Source: Octopus bimaculoides (lineage: Eukaryota). Taken from it: a stretch of 64,000 bases of DNA. A program made the translations under genes and the position numbers. The first letter of the stretch is position 1. Every line of letters begins with the position of its first letter. The stretch lies in contig NC_068995.1 of the NCBI RefSeq assembly GCF_001194135.2, positions 35,789,235 through 35,853,234 of the forward strand, given 5' to 3'. The notes below the pieces were generated by a model. That model saw only the letters and a program-made list of their open reading frames with translations. It ran no database searches and was not told the origin of the DNA. This document shows positions 1 to 11,924 of this stretch, one piece after another.

Positions 1-275
1 AGTTTCCATCTAATAAATTTATTCACAAGACATCGGTCAGTCCAGAGCTAAAGTAAAAGACAATTGCTCAAGGTGCCACACAGAAGGACTGAACCACAAA
101 GCACATGCCTGTAATGCAAGCTTCTTAATCGCACATCTATGCCTAATAAGAAATAATATAAATGATATTAAAAAAATGAGTTGCAACAAGACAAAAATGG
201 TAATAGCATTTTTTTCAAGACTGTCATTATTAAATATTACAAATACAAAATACTGTAAATAAAATATTTACTTAC

Positions 276-332
276 ATGGCTTTTATAGATGCAACTAATA
301 CTTTATCATCAACCAATTCCAGAAAATAATCC
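276..332 (-). CDS. CCCH-eTudor gene, last exon visible in window ((K)DYFLELVDDKVLVASIKA); gene continues beyond left edge
   Basis: Acceptor ttttgtttcag, donor GTAAGT. Phase 2/2 joins the previous exon (aa+g = Lys). Peptide fits the eTudor 'EA..YF..LV..K.L.A.I' motif. Confidence 0.85.
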
Positions 333-524
333 CTGAAACAAAAAGGAATTAGAGGTATTTGTTTTCTTATCATCTTCAAAAGATAGCGGAAGAGAATATA
401 ATATATCTCTAAAGAGGACAAATAGAATAGAATTAAGAGAGCTGATATGTACAGCTGATATGAAAAGTTTAGAGGAATGTATAGTTATTTGATAGGTTTC
501 TATGAGAATGTACTATAGTTTTTC

Positions 525-939
525 TACTCTTTACTCTTTTACTTGTTTCAGTCATTTGACTGCGGCCATGCTGGAGCGCCGCCTTTTTTAGCCAAGCAAA
601 TCGACCCCTGGACATATTCATTGGAAGCCTAGTACTCATTCTATCGGGCTCTTTTGCCGAACCGCTAAGTTACAGGGACGTAAACACACCACCATCGGTT
701 GTCAAGCGATGTTGAGGGACAAACACAGACACACAAACATATACATACACATACATATATATATATATATATACATATATACGACGGGCTTCTTTCAGTT
801 TCCGTCTACCAAATCCACTCACAAGGCTGGGGTCGGCCTGAGGCTATAGTAGAAGACACTTGCCCAAGGTGCCATGCAGTGGGATTGAACCCGGAACCAT
901 GTGGTTGGTAAGCAAGCTACTTACCACACAGCCACTCCT
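525..939 (-). mobile_element. tRNA-derived SINE family A (head aggagtggctgtgtggtaag...ggttc; internal CA/TA microsatellite; aaagagt tail)
   Basis: A/B-box-like head and near-identical copies elsewhere in the window. Confidence 0.9.
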
Positions 940-1121
940 GCACCTATACAATATTTGGTGATATTTTCTTTCATATGTTGCAGTCTAGTAAATGAGACAC
1001 ACCTAGAGCAACTGCATATCATATACAGCAACAAAAACATCAATATGATAAATCTTTTTTTAATTTATTCAGCATAATATCAATAAATAAAGCAAGAAAC
1101 TGAAATCCCATTGGTGCTTAC

Positions 1122-1279
1122 TTGGCTTCTTGGGTCCATAAACCATTATCAGAGGCTGAAACTATTCCATTAAGACAACATTCCACAGACTGGTGTGGAA
1201 GATGTGTAAACTGAGGGGCCAGTGACTGTATGTTACTCTCTGGAATCCACTGAACATTTCCAAAATCAATGAAGAATAC
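1122..1279 (-). CDS. CCCH-eTudor gene exon: VFFIDFGNVQWIPESNIQSLAPQFTHLPHQSVECCLNGIVSASDNGLWTQEA
   Basis: Acceptor ctctttgcag, donor GTAAGC, 158 nt, phase 0/2. Contains Tudor 'FxDFGN' and the extended-Tudor 'F..LP.Q..EC.L.G....W..EA' signature. Confidence 0.93.
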
Positions 1280-1554
1280 CTGCAAAGAGCAAAAGATAAT
1301 GCATGACTTGGTGAGAGAAATTTTCTTTCTTGTAAATTCCTATAATGGTAGGATAGGTTGAAAGGTTCTACAGTTCTGCTTACTTAATGCTATATTTTCT
1401 GACACGTAAGTTGAAACTTTTAGACCAAAATTTACAGCTAAAAAAAAAAACAGGTACATCATCTTATACAACAAGATGTCTTTGGAGGACCAAAAATACT
1501 ATGTGAACTGAAGCAGAATTTGGAAAAGTAGTAATGATGTCTGAATGTTTACAC

Positions 1555-2055
1555 TCTCTCTTTACTCTTTACTCTTTAACTTGTTTCAGTCATTTGACTG
1601 AGGCCATGCTGGAGCACCACCTTTAGTCGAGAAAATCGACCCCCAGGACTTATTCTTTGTAAGCCTAGTACTTATTCTATCGGTCTCTTTTTGCCGAACC
1701 GCTAAGTTATGGGGACGTGAACACACCAGCATCGGTTGTCAAGCGATGGTGGGGGGACAAACACAGACACACAAACACACATACACATNNNNNNNNNNNN
1801 NNNNNNNNNNNNNNNNNNNNNNNNNNNNNNNNNNNNNNNNNNNNNNNNNNNNNNNNNNNNNNNNNNNNNNNNNNNNNATATATATATATATATATACATA
1901 TATATACGACAGGCTTCTTTCAATTTCCGTCTTCCAAATGCACTCACAAGGCTTTGGTCGGCCCGAAGCTATAGTAGAAGACACTTACCCAAGGTGCCAC
2001 ACAGTGGGACTGAACCTGGAACCATGTGGTTGGTAAGCAGGCTACTTACCACACA
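1555..2055 (-). mobile_element. SINE family A copy (spans an N gap)
   Basis: High similarity to 525-939. Confidence 0.9.
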
Positions 2056-3415
2056 CAAAATATGCTATGTGAATTGTGAGTGCAAATATTCTGATATCTC
2101 ACATTTTTTCTAATCTAGAGTTTTAGCCACAATGCTCTAGCAATGTAGACATGTAATTCGGCAGTTGATTACATGTCAACAGTGAATATCATTATCTTTG
2201 TCATCACCATTCTTATTATTCTCATCACCTAGATCTGATAGTTCATATTATACCAACTGCGTAGTAAGCTCATAAACATGAGAGTTAAGCTGTTGTTAGA
2301 GACAATGCTTGGCTTTAATTTCAGTCACTTCACAAGGACGAGGTAGATGAGATTTATTGAAGTAAACTGAGTTACTTGGAAGCAGAAAAATCCCTGTAGC
2401 AGCAGATTTAACAATTAATACCTAAACAAACTTAGATATTTCACATGAGCAGAAAATATACCCAAGTAAATAGCTACCATGGAGGAATATGCAATTCTTA
2501 CCTAATGTCAAAATACACTAACTTCTTCAGATGTATACTTTAAAATAAGTTCACAATTTTAGCAGATGTTTTATGGGTGATATATTTCCATATAATTTTA
2601 CATCATGAAAATAATGTATGATTTGGGAATTATTGCCATCAGACTATGAACCAGGAATATCTTTCAAATAAAAGTATTTAGAATTGTAGTTTAAATTTAT
2701 TTCTGTCCTGGTCATTCAGAGTCTGTCCTGGGGGTGACCACAGTATAATACTTATTAATTAGGTGGTAGGAAATGCTACTAGGACTAACTATAAAAGATA
2801 TACTTCTTTTAGTGTAGGCATTATAGAAGACATAATTACTAGCTATTGCTAATTGAAGACATTTTGCAAAATCTTTCTGGTTATGTTTACAAAATACTTT
2901 CTTTAATACTTTGAATATCTAAAATAAATATACTTCTCCATTTTGTTTCCTTTACAAAGACCAGTCTGAAATTTTGAATGTATAAACTGTTATATTATGT
3001 ATTTGCATTAGGAACTGGTATCATCATCGAGTTCCTTCAAATTGCACAAGGGGTGGTTCCTGTCAGCCAGTGTATTTGTTGACTTGTTGCCTGACAAAGC
3101 TGTCAGATCATGTATTATATGAGGAACGATTATATACTTTTTTTCTTATATTTTGCCCGTTTAATTTACATTTCCAGTTTGTGAGGCCAGGAAAACAGTT
3201 TGCTTTTCTTGTAAATATAAACAAGCCGACAACTGTAATAGAATCTGAACTCAAGGCACTGAAAGTAATAGCCCAACAACTTAATCTCACAGCCAAGATA
3301 GCATTGTTAATTCCCCACCACCACCTAAAAAAAGAGAAAGAAACCACATGGAAAACATGAAAGCATATCCAGAAAAGAAGGAGTTGTAAAGTATTTAGAA
3401 CAGTGAAACTCTTAC

Positions 3416-3560
3416 CTTGACCTCGTTTATAACATCATTTACTTCACAAATGCGTGCTCTGTACCAATCTTGATCAACGACAGCTTGGGCTGCAACTAAC
3501 TCACCAATTCCCCAAAACAGATTCTCTTCAGCTTTGGGAAAAGACAACTTATAAAAGTCT
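3416..3560 (-). CDS. CCCH-eTudor gene exon: DFYKLSFPKAEENLFWGIGELVAAQAVVDQDWYRARICEVNDVINEVK (Tudor core)
   Basis: Acceptor ctcttacag, donor GTAAGA, 145 nt, phase 2/0. Tudor 'G.LVAA....D..WYRA.I' motif. Confidence 0.93.
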
Positions 3561-3798
3561 CTGTAAGAGGACAACAAATATAGAAAAGTATTACATAAGA
3601 TACACAGGTTTATACTGAGAAATATTACATAAGATACTTAGACAGTTTTATACAGTGAAGTATTAATTATGATAGACACAGGTTTATATAGAGGAATATT
3701 ACCTAAGATACACAAGTTTACATAGAAAAGTATTATGTCAGAGACATGGGTTTATATAGAGAAATATCACCAAAGATATATAAATATATAGAGAAGTG

Positions 3799-4075
3799 TA
3801 GGGTGTCCCAGAATTAACTATCTATTTCAATGAAACTGAGCAAATTTAAAAACAAACTGATAAAATTTTGTTTATAACTTAATTATGATACCAAAACAAA
3901 TAGATTTATAGATCATTCATCAAAACTTTATTGAAAATTTTCAACAAGTGCTCCATCTGTATCCATGCAAATTCAAATCTATTTTGAAGCATTTCATGAG
4001 TTATCTCTTGCACTGCTAATTGAATGCACTCTTTAAGCTCAACTAAACTATTGTTCCACTCTGAGGATGGAGGTA
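3799..4075 (-). mobile_element. Truncated Tc1/mariner-superfamily transposon end
   Basis: SLVELKECIQLAVQEITHEMLQN (transposase C-terminal motif) and a terminal TA|GGGTGTCCCAGAATT sequence. Confidence 0.65.
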
Positions 4076-5705
4076 GAGAAGATGATTGCAGCCAAATTGA
4101 TAAAAAGCTGTCTTGGACAGATAGGCAGGATCTAACAAGAATGAAAATAAAATTATTAAAAAAAATTATGAAAATATGAAAATTAGAAACAAAATAAAAA
4201 AAATCTATACACTTTATACACTGGATTGTCAAGGAGCCATGAGTAGGGGAAGATAAGGAGGATGCAGAAGAGAGTGAGGCAGGGAAGAGATCAAAGTAGA
4301 GGCAAATTATCACTGATTCAAAAAAATATATTATATTTCTGAGAGAAAAGCAGCAATTACTGGTTTCATATGCAAATTTTTTTTTTTCAAAATTATCAGA
4401 AATTATTTTGAGCTTTTGTCAAGCAAAAACATATATATTGGAGAGAATTTTTCGATATCAAATGTTAATTCTGTCTAAAAGTCACCTCCAACCCTGTTCA
4501 GTGAATGCACACAAGAAATCAAAATTTGGTAATATACATTATTTTAATATACAGTAAAATAAGAAAACTATACTCTCGGCCTTGTAAGTTATCTTCCTTG
4601 TCACCTAGTTTTCTAATTCAGATATGTCGCATACTCACATGTACACACAAGTAAGCATTCATGCATAAACACATGCTCTCTCACACATATACATACATTT
4701 ACTTACTCTCTTGTGCATTAGGTCTTGCAACTGCAAGACCTAATAGAGAAACAGAAAGTGAGAAAGAGAGAGAGGAGTGAGATAATGACAGAGAAGAAAA
4801 AGGAAAGAAATTTCAGAAAAATTCTATAAATCTTGGAAGAGTTTGGAGGAAATTTTAAGGAGAAAAGCTTTAGAAAAATAGAAAATAAATATTTTGGGAC
4901 CAAAAGTTTACTGGAGAAAGAAGAAACTTTTTCCTTGGATGAAAGGAGGCTGTAGGCTGAATAGGTGTCCATTGTCTAAGTATGAATTATGTGTTGTGTA
5001 TGCAGGAGTTCAAGATCTCTGTCTTAGCATTAAAATGCAATCCTATATTTTGCAAGTTTCTATGAATTGTGCTCTTTTCTGCAATATAGAGCTTATATCC
5101 AACTCTTGGCCAGGCAAGTTTTTCATGGAAGACTGGAATTGAACAATATTGCTTGTATGATGATGATGCTCAGTTACAACCATCCCATGATGTCAAGACA
5201 AGGGGTACACACAAACACATACACACAGAGATTGTAATATGCTTCTGAGAAAGACATATCTCTTCTTGAGCCAGTTTCTCTATCTTATAGTTAATAAGGA
5301 AAGCATTGTTTGATGTCTTGCAAACAATTCGCACATGCAAGTGCTACCAGTCAAGAACTCCGCATACCGGAAGCCAGCAAATGTATGGGGTCATCAGGAG
5401 AGAATGCATGCCGTTTCGGAGCCTACCTCTCAACGGCATCAATGCAGACCGGCCCCCCCTCACTGATATGAGGCCCCACTTCCTAGTTCAACCGGTTATT
5501 AAAAACAAAGCTCAATATTTTTCTAGCCATTGCTCATCGTCTCTTTTTAACCAAATCCAGTGGCTTGCATGCAAACACCACAATCTACAACAATTAACAT
5601 TATGAAATATATCCTAAAACCATTGTAAGACAGCAAGACAAAGAAAAAATATGAAGAACTCAAAAAAAAAAACCAGATAAAAGAAAGAAGGAAAAAAGTT
5701 CATAC

Positions 5706-5754
5706 TGTAAATCTTTCTGCAAGTCTGCTAAAGTTTCCTCTTTGTTTTGGTAAT
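5706..5754 (-). CDS. CCCH-eTudor gene 49-nt exon: (D)YQNKEETLADLQKDL(Q), eTudor helix
   Basis: Acceptor tctaatag, donor GTATGA. Phase 1/2 exactly bridges the 6899-7078 and 3416-3560 exons in frame. Confidence 0.85.
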
Positions 5755-6008
5755 CTATTAGACATAAAGAAAATTATAAAATTCATAGCAAAAATAAATA
5801 GAAATAAAGCATTCTCAAAATCCCAATATAAGCAAAGTAGTATGTCATTGCAAAATAATCAACTAAGTAATAAGATGTGCATGTCAGTCAAGTTAACAGT
5901 GTTTCTCTACATATATGTGTGAGTGTATCTAAATGTGTTAAGCTATGAATATGTATGGGTGAACATATGTTGTTTTCTATGTGTGTGTATGTATTTGTGA
6001 AGGCCTCT

Positions 6009-6310
6009 GTGGAGGCATGTGCTTAGTGCTTAGGGTGTTGGATTCACAATCGTAAGATTGTGGTCTTGATTCCTGGACCAGGTAATGCATTGTGTTCTTG
6101 AGCAAGACACTTCATTTCACATTGCTCCTGTCCACTCAGCTGTAGAAATGAGTACCACTAGTGGAGGCACGTTGCTTAGTGGTTGGATTTATGACTCTAA
6201 GATTGTGGTCTTGATCCCTGGACCAGGCGATCCGTTGTGTTCTTGAGCAAAACACTTCATTTCATGTTGCTCCCGTCCACTCAACTGTAGAAATGAGTTT
6301 AACCTGGTGA
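6009..6310 (+). mobile_element. Head-to-tail dimer of tRNA-derived SINE family C 5' halves
   Basis: Two consecutive ggaggca...cttagtg...ttcttgagcaa.acacttcatttca...cactca.ctgtagaaatgagt units. Confidence 0.85.
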
Positions 6311-6529
6311 GGGATGGGCTCCACCAGGCTTTCTCACCCAAGATACGCTGCATGGCTGCAGCATCCCAACAACCTCCAAGGGGTTAAGGGACTTGTCATT
6401 GTCTGTATTTGTATGAATATGTAGCTGAATGTGTTTCTGTTTGTGTAGTTAAAAGTATTTAAGTATGTATAGTTAAATGTATTCATATATGTCTAGATAA
6501 ATGTGTTTCTATAAAATAAAATATAAATG

Positions 6530-6775
6530 TGCCCTTTTAAAGCCTAGCCAGGCTCATGGGCCCAGATTTCCAATATCAATGGTGTATGTGTTCCCCAGCT
6601 GGACGGGACGTCAGTTCATCGCAGTGTTACTCATTTTTGCCAGCTGAGTGGACTAGAGCAATGTGAAATGAAGTGCTTTGCTCAAGAACACAACGCATCA
6701 CCCAGTCCAGGAATTGAAACCACAATCTTACAATCATGATGCTGACACCCTAACCACTAAGCCACACGCCTCCAC
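6530..6775 (-). mobile_element. SINE family C copy, inverted relative to 6009-6310
   Basis: Reverse complement matches the family C head. Another copy at ~59230-59580(+). Confidence 0.88.
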
Positions 6776-6898
6776 AAATGTGTTTCTATACATGTAGTTA
6801 AATGTACATATGAATGATTAAAATGCATGTATAGTTAAAAGTGAGTGATGCATAAAATAGTAGTAGCAACTCCAAAACTAATATGCATATATTCTTAC

Positions 6899-7078
6899 CT
6901 GGCATGTCATGCAGGTCTTTGATAGCATCCTTGCCCCAAGGTAAAATCAAATAAAAGTGAGCAGGATTTATGATAGCGCTAACTTCTACCCCAACTAGAG
7001 AACCAACCAATGGTAGTTCAAATTCAGAACAACTATCATCTTTGCAAACAACTTCTCTTTTGTCAACTGTGAGGCAAT
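6899..7078 (-). CDS. CCCH-eTudor gene exon: CLTVDKREVVCKDDSCSEFELPLVGSLVGVEVSAIINPAHFYLILPWGKDAIKDLHDMP
   Basis: Acceptor ctccttcag, donor GTAAGA, 180 nt, phase 1/1. 'V.VSAIINP.HFY' is the N-terminal strand pair of extended Tudor domains. Confidence 0.92.
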
Positions 7079-7329
7079 CTGAAGGAGATAAGATACATAA
7101 GAAAATAGCAAAATATACTGGGTAAAAATAATGAAAACCAAAAAGAGAGGCAACACATGATTGTAAGTATGCTGACAGTAAAAACATTTTTTTTTATTAC
7201 CATAAACTGTATCAATAGATCGTAAATATACTGGTTTATAACTGGGGCTTGTCTCTAGTTCTAAGGGAAACTATGCGGAAAGCATTGTAAATTATAATCT
7301 AAAAAATACCAACTTCATTATTGTGAGTT

Positions 7330-7527
7330 ATATTTTATCTGTTTCAATCATTAGACTGCATCCATGCTGGAGCACCATCCTTGAAGAATTTTTAGTCCAA
7401 CAGACTGATTCTAGTACTTATGTAATATTTTTCTTTTAAGACTGACACTTATTCTATCAGTTTCTTTTGCTGAACTGGTAAGTTACTGAGATGTAAATAT
7501 ACCAACACCAGTTGTCCACTGGTGATA

Positions 7528-7593
<66 letters not shown>

Positions 7594-7765
7594 GTATATA
7601 TACACACAATAGGCTTCTTTCAGGTTCTGTCTACCAAATCCACTCACAAGGCTTTGGTTAACCTGAGGCTATAGTAGAAGACACTTTCCCAAGGTGCTAC
7701 GCATTGGGACTGAACCCAGAACCATGTGGTTAGGAAGCAAGCTTCTTACTACAAAGTCATGCCTG
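7330..7765 (-). mobile_element. SINE family A copy (older)
   Basis: Same head and body, CpG-decayed. Confidence 0.85.
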
Positions 7766-8327
7766 TTAGATTAGTTGTGCATAACAACTGTTAACTTCAG
7801 TAGAGTATCTTCTTGATAAAAGAGTTAACAGCTAATTACTAGTTGCTTTATAAAGATGATATCAGATTTTTATTTTTAGAGACAGAAATTTCAGAGTTAA
7901 ATGTTAGTATAAAGGATAAATTTCACTTCCTAAAAGTACAAAGACATCATCTTTAAAAACTAAATCCCAGTTCCTTCACAAAGAGTTCATAATAAGCTCA
8001 CAATTAACCTTTAGCACACTGTAAGTGCATCATATCACCGTGTGAGTTTTTTCCCCTATAGTAACAGAGCAGTAGCAGGGGAAACAATTCTAAAGAAAAT
8101 GCAGTATGCGAAAAGTTAAAAAGGTTCAGATATATATAGAATAACTTGAAGCTGTGATAGCCATAACTTTATCAAAGAAGATACCAAATGCTTAAAGACT
8201 CTTTTAGACATACTGGGAGAATTAAATGTATTGACTAGTAGCACAATATAAAATATGTAGTAAAAGTGAAGATTGCATTTATATATTCGTTGTGCTGCTT
8301 ACACTAATAATGTAAGTAAAAACATAC

Positions 8328-8426
8328 CATCTGGTACTCTTATGTGTTTATATGGACATTTTGATCCAAGTTTACATTTTTGACCGTCTCTGTAAAACTT
8401 GCAGATTGTTTTTTCATCATTAACCA
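8328..8426 (-). CDS. CCCH-eTudor gene exon encoding CCCH zinc finger: VNDEKTICKFYRDGQKCKLGSKCPYKHIRVPD
   Basis: Acceptor atttcatttcag, donor GTATGT, 99 nt, phase 1/1, in frame with the next exon. C-x8-C-x5-C-x3-H spacing. Confidence 0.92.
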
Positions 8427-8551
8427 CTGAAATGAAATAAGTCACAAAAAAATAACATTAAAAGATAATAATTAAGAATAAATAAATGAAAGTACAGTGA
8501 ATTTAAATACAGACTGATGCACAATAGTTAATATTAGTCCTGCAGAAGGCT

Positions 8552-8760
8552 GTGAGCTGGCAGAATCATTAGCACGTTGGGCAAAATGCTTAGTGGGATT
8601 TTGTCCATCTTTACGTTCTGAGTTCAAATTCTGCCGAGGTTGACTTTGCCTTTCATCCTTTCGGGGTTGATAAAATAAGTACCAGTTGAGCACTGGGGTC
8701 AATGTAATTGATTTACTGCTTCCCTGAAATTGCTGGCCTTGTGCTAGAATTTGAAATCAA
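8552..8760 (+). mobile_element. tRNA-like SINE family B (gagctggcagaatcattagc...ttctgagttcaaattctgccgaggttgactttgcctttcatcc)
   Basis: Further copies at ~10915-11070, 12505-12715, 19228-19450, 20110-20350(-), 36720-37245, 43945-44190(-), 55090-55305(-), 63770-63860. Confidence 0.88.
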
Positions 8761-9278
8761 TAGTAGTCCTACATCTATGTACTTCTGGAACTTGAGAATA
8801 CCAAATCATACATCAGTGTATGTTACTTTAGGTGTTTGAATCTCCATGTCTAAAATGTTATGTCACTGTTTGTTTATTTGGTAACAAGCTGTAGATCATC
8901 TTTTCTCAGTAAGTAATTAGTAGATGAAAATGATGTAATGGGGGTACATGCATGATTCACTAGGCCTCTTCAGAGATTTACAAAATTCAATTCATGGATT
9001 TTGCAAAATTTAAATACAAATAAAAAAAATATATATATATAAAAATATAAGGCATATAAAAAAAACATACAAAAAGTATATAAAAAAACATATAAAGAGT
9101 CATAAAAACTCATATATACATGCATATGCATGTATACATTACCATATACAGATATACATGAATACAAAAACATAAACACATGAGTACATATGTGTGCTCA
9201 GATGCACATACACAGATGGCTGTACATGCATACCAAAATAGTCAACAGTCACTGTTACCATATGTGAGGGGGACAGAG

Positions 9279-9314
<36 letters not shown>

Positions 9315-9443
9315 NNNNNNNNNNNNNNNNNNNNNNNNNNNNNNNNNNNNNNNNNNNNNNNNNNNNNNNNNNNNNNNNNNNNNNNNNNNNNNNNNNNNNN
9401 NNNNNNNNNNNNNNATATATACATATATATATATATATCTCAT

Positions 9444-9500
<57 letters not shown>

Positions 9501-10178
9501 CGACCATCACTACTTGCATGGGCCAAAGAAATTCACTGAGGCAGGTTTCCTATGGTTGGATACCCTTCTTGGTGCCAACTCTCACCTTATTCTAAGCAAG
9601 GTAATATTTCCACTCGGTTGAACATGATTCAGAGAAGAATAGAAATGAAGGACACCATTTTTATGACAGTAACACACGTTTTACAGCTATGGCACAATAT
9701 TGACACACACACACACACACACACACTGTGATAAGAAATGCATAAAATGTAATTGGTATTTTTAAGCTTTATATACATGTTTCAGTAAACCAACAGCTCA
9801 CATCCCAATGATTATAGCTATAATACTAATGATTTGAGCAGCAGACTTATGGAAGCACACATATAAAACCTAAAAATACCAATTATGTTTTCAGCACCTC
9901 TGATAACTATATAATGTGGCTCAGACTCTGCATTTAGGCCAATCCCACAATATGACAATTGGTTTCAGACCAAGTAGAATATAGAAGTTGAGACTGGAAC
10001 TAATTATGGTGCTCAAATTATCTGGTAACATGTCATGCCTTCCACCACCACTGTATGCATGTATATACATGCTAACACCAGCCCATGCCAGCATCGAAAA
10101 TGGATGTTAACTGGTGGTGATGATGATGATGATGAAGATTTTATATTTATGTGTGTGTGTGAGTGTATGTATATATAG

Positions 10179-10384
10179 CAGGGGTTCCCAACCAGTAGTT
10201 CCTGACCCCCTGTGGGGTCATGAAGCCTTAGAAGGGGAGTCGCTTATCCTTGCTACAAGTGGTTTCGGATAACATTAATTTCAACTCGTCAATATATTTT
10301 TATGCTCTGCTGATAGTAGGGGGTCACGTGGGTTTCAAGCTTTTGGGTAAAGGGTCGCGATGGCAAAACCATTGGGAACCGCTG
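10179..10384. mobile_element. 206-bp hAT MITE
   Basis: TIRs caggggttcccaa / ttgggaaccgctg and exact 8-bp TSD ATATATAG. Confidence 0.9.
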
Positions 10385-10688
10385 ATATATAGAATAATGT
10401 AAATGAGGAAAAGAGAAATTCAAATCGATGTTACAATTATTTCCATAAATGAATACTGTTTATTCCATTTTACATATAAAGTTACGCAATAGATACAAAA
10501 TATGCAACAAAATTATTATTGTTCATTTACTTCATCAGGCATCATGATTTGAAACATGATTGACTAATGAACTAAACCTGCAATGCAAGATAAATTTATA
10601 TTACTTCTTGGGTATATTGACTCTATGTAAATAGACAAAACATATACAGTCTTTCATCAACAACATTTGATATGTCATAAAAGAGTAA

Positions 10689-10909
10689 CCCTTTCGTTAC
10701 CAACCCGGCCAAAGCTGACTCTGGCTCCATAGTACAAATGTCTTGATTTCATAAGTTTTGCATTAAAATATACCACTAAGTCTTAGTTGCAATTTATGTT
10801 CCTAACACTAGCTTAATGATAACCAAATTATTTTACTAAATTCTTTGTTATATTTAAAATAATTGAAAGAAACACAGAGTATCTCAAAATAAATACAGTA
10901 ACGAAAGGG
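10689..10909. mobile_element. TTAA-type (piggyBac-like) MITE, CCCTTTCGTTAC subfamily
   Basis: TIR ccctttcgttac / gtaacgaaaggg, TAA/TTA flanks. Confidence 0.8.
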
Positions 10910-11334
10910 TTAGGGCAGCAAAATCATTAGCACAACAGACAAAATTCTCTTTATGATTTGAGTTCAAATTCCATTGAGGTCGACTTTGCCTTTCGTTCTT
11001 TCAGGATCGATGAAATAAGAATTTGTTGAGCACTGAGGTTGATGTAATTGACTCACCTCGTGCCTATAGTAGGAAGGATATGTTTTATCAATTAGCCAAG
11101 AGAAAAATAAATGAAGCAAAATTTGGTTAGAAACTTTCAAAGTTCAAAAGATATACCATTAAATGCTACTATGTCTTATTTACGATTATCTATTTTCATG
11201 TCTTTAAACATTTAGGATGAAAACAGTCTGGTGGTTTTCATGATAAGAACATCAAAACAGAAAACAAAGCAAAAAATATAGTACATTAATTATTAATATG
11301 TTACACTTTCCTTTATAAATATGTGTGTGTGTAT

Positions 11335-11570
11335 ATACTTTTACACTTTTACACTTTTACTTGTTTCAGTCTTTTGACTGCGGCCATGCTGGAGCACCGC
11401 CTTTAGTCGAAGAAATCGACCCCAGGACTTATTCTTTGGAAGCCTAGTACTTATTCTATCGGTCTCTTTTGCCGAACCACTAAGTTACGGGGACATAAAC
11501 ACACCAGCATCGGTTGTCAAGCGATGTTGGGGGGACAAACACAGACATACAAACACACACACACACATAT
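11335..11570 (-). mobile_element. SINE family A 3' part
   Basis: Near-identical to 525-760. Confidence 0.85.
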
Positions 11571-11818
11571 ATATATATATGGGGAGGGGCTGATCTGTGT
11601 GTGTTCAATTTGTTGTCCTAACACAGTAACAGTCAAAGTAAGCCATGCTTGATGTTATGGTCCTCATATAGCCATTACAGANNNNNNNNNNNNNNNNNNN
11701 NNNNNNNNNNNNNNNNNNNNNNNNNNNNNNNNNNNNNNNNNNNNNNNNNNNNNNNNNNNNNNNNNNNNNNNNNNNNNCACACAGCCACTCTCGGTGCCTT
11801 GTTGTACCACTCTTCTGA

Positions 11819-11861
<43 letters not shown>

Positions 11862-11888
11862 CATACATATATATGTATATATTTATAT

Positions 11889-11924
<36 letters not shown>

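Noticed and set aside
3070-3360. 96-aa plus-strand ORF
   Set aside because: No recognisable domain or splice structure; lies in a Tudor-gene intron.
8812-8849. ATG-containing exon candidate (MEIQTPKVTYTD) just above the zinc-finger exon
   Set aside because: Ends in phase 0, while the CCCH exon needs phase 1; joining them gives an early stop.
9802-9869. Exon-like segment VLYVCFHKSAAQIISIIAIIIG
   Set aside because: Phase 0/2 is incompatible with the CCCH exon, and hydrophobic frames are common by chance in AT-rich DNA.
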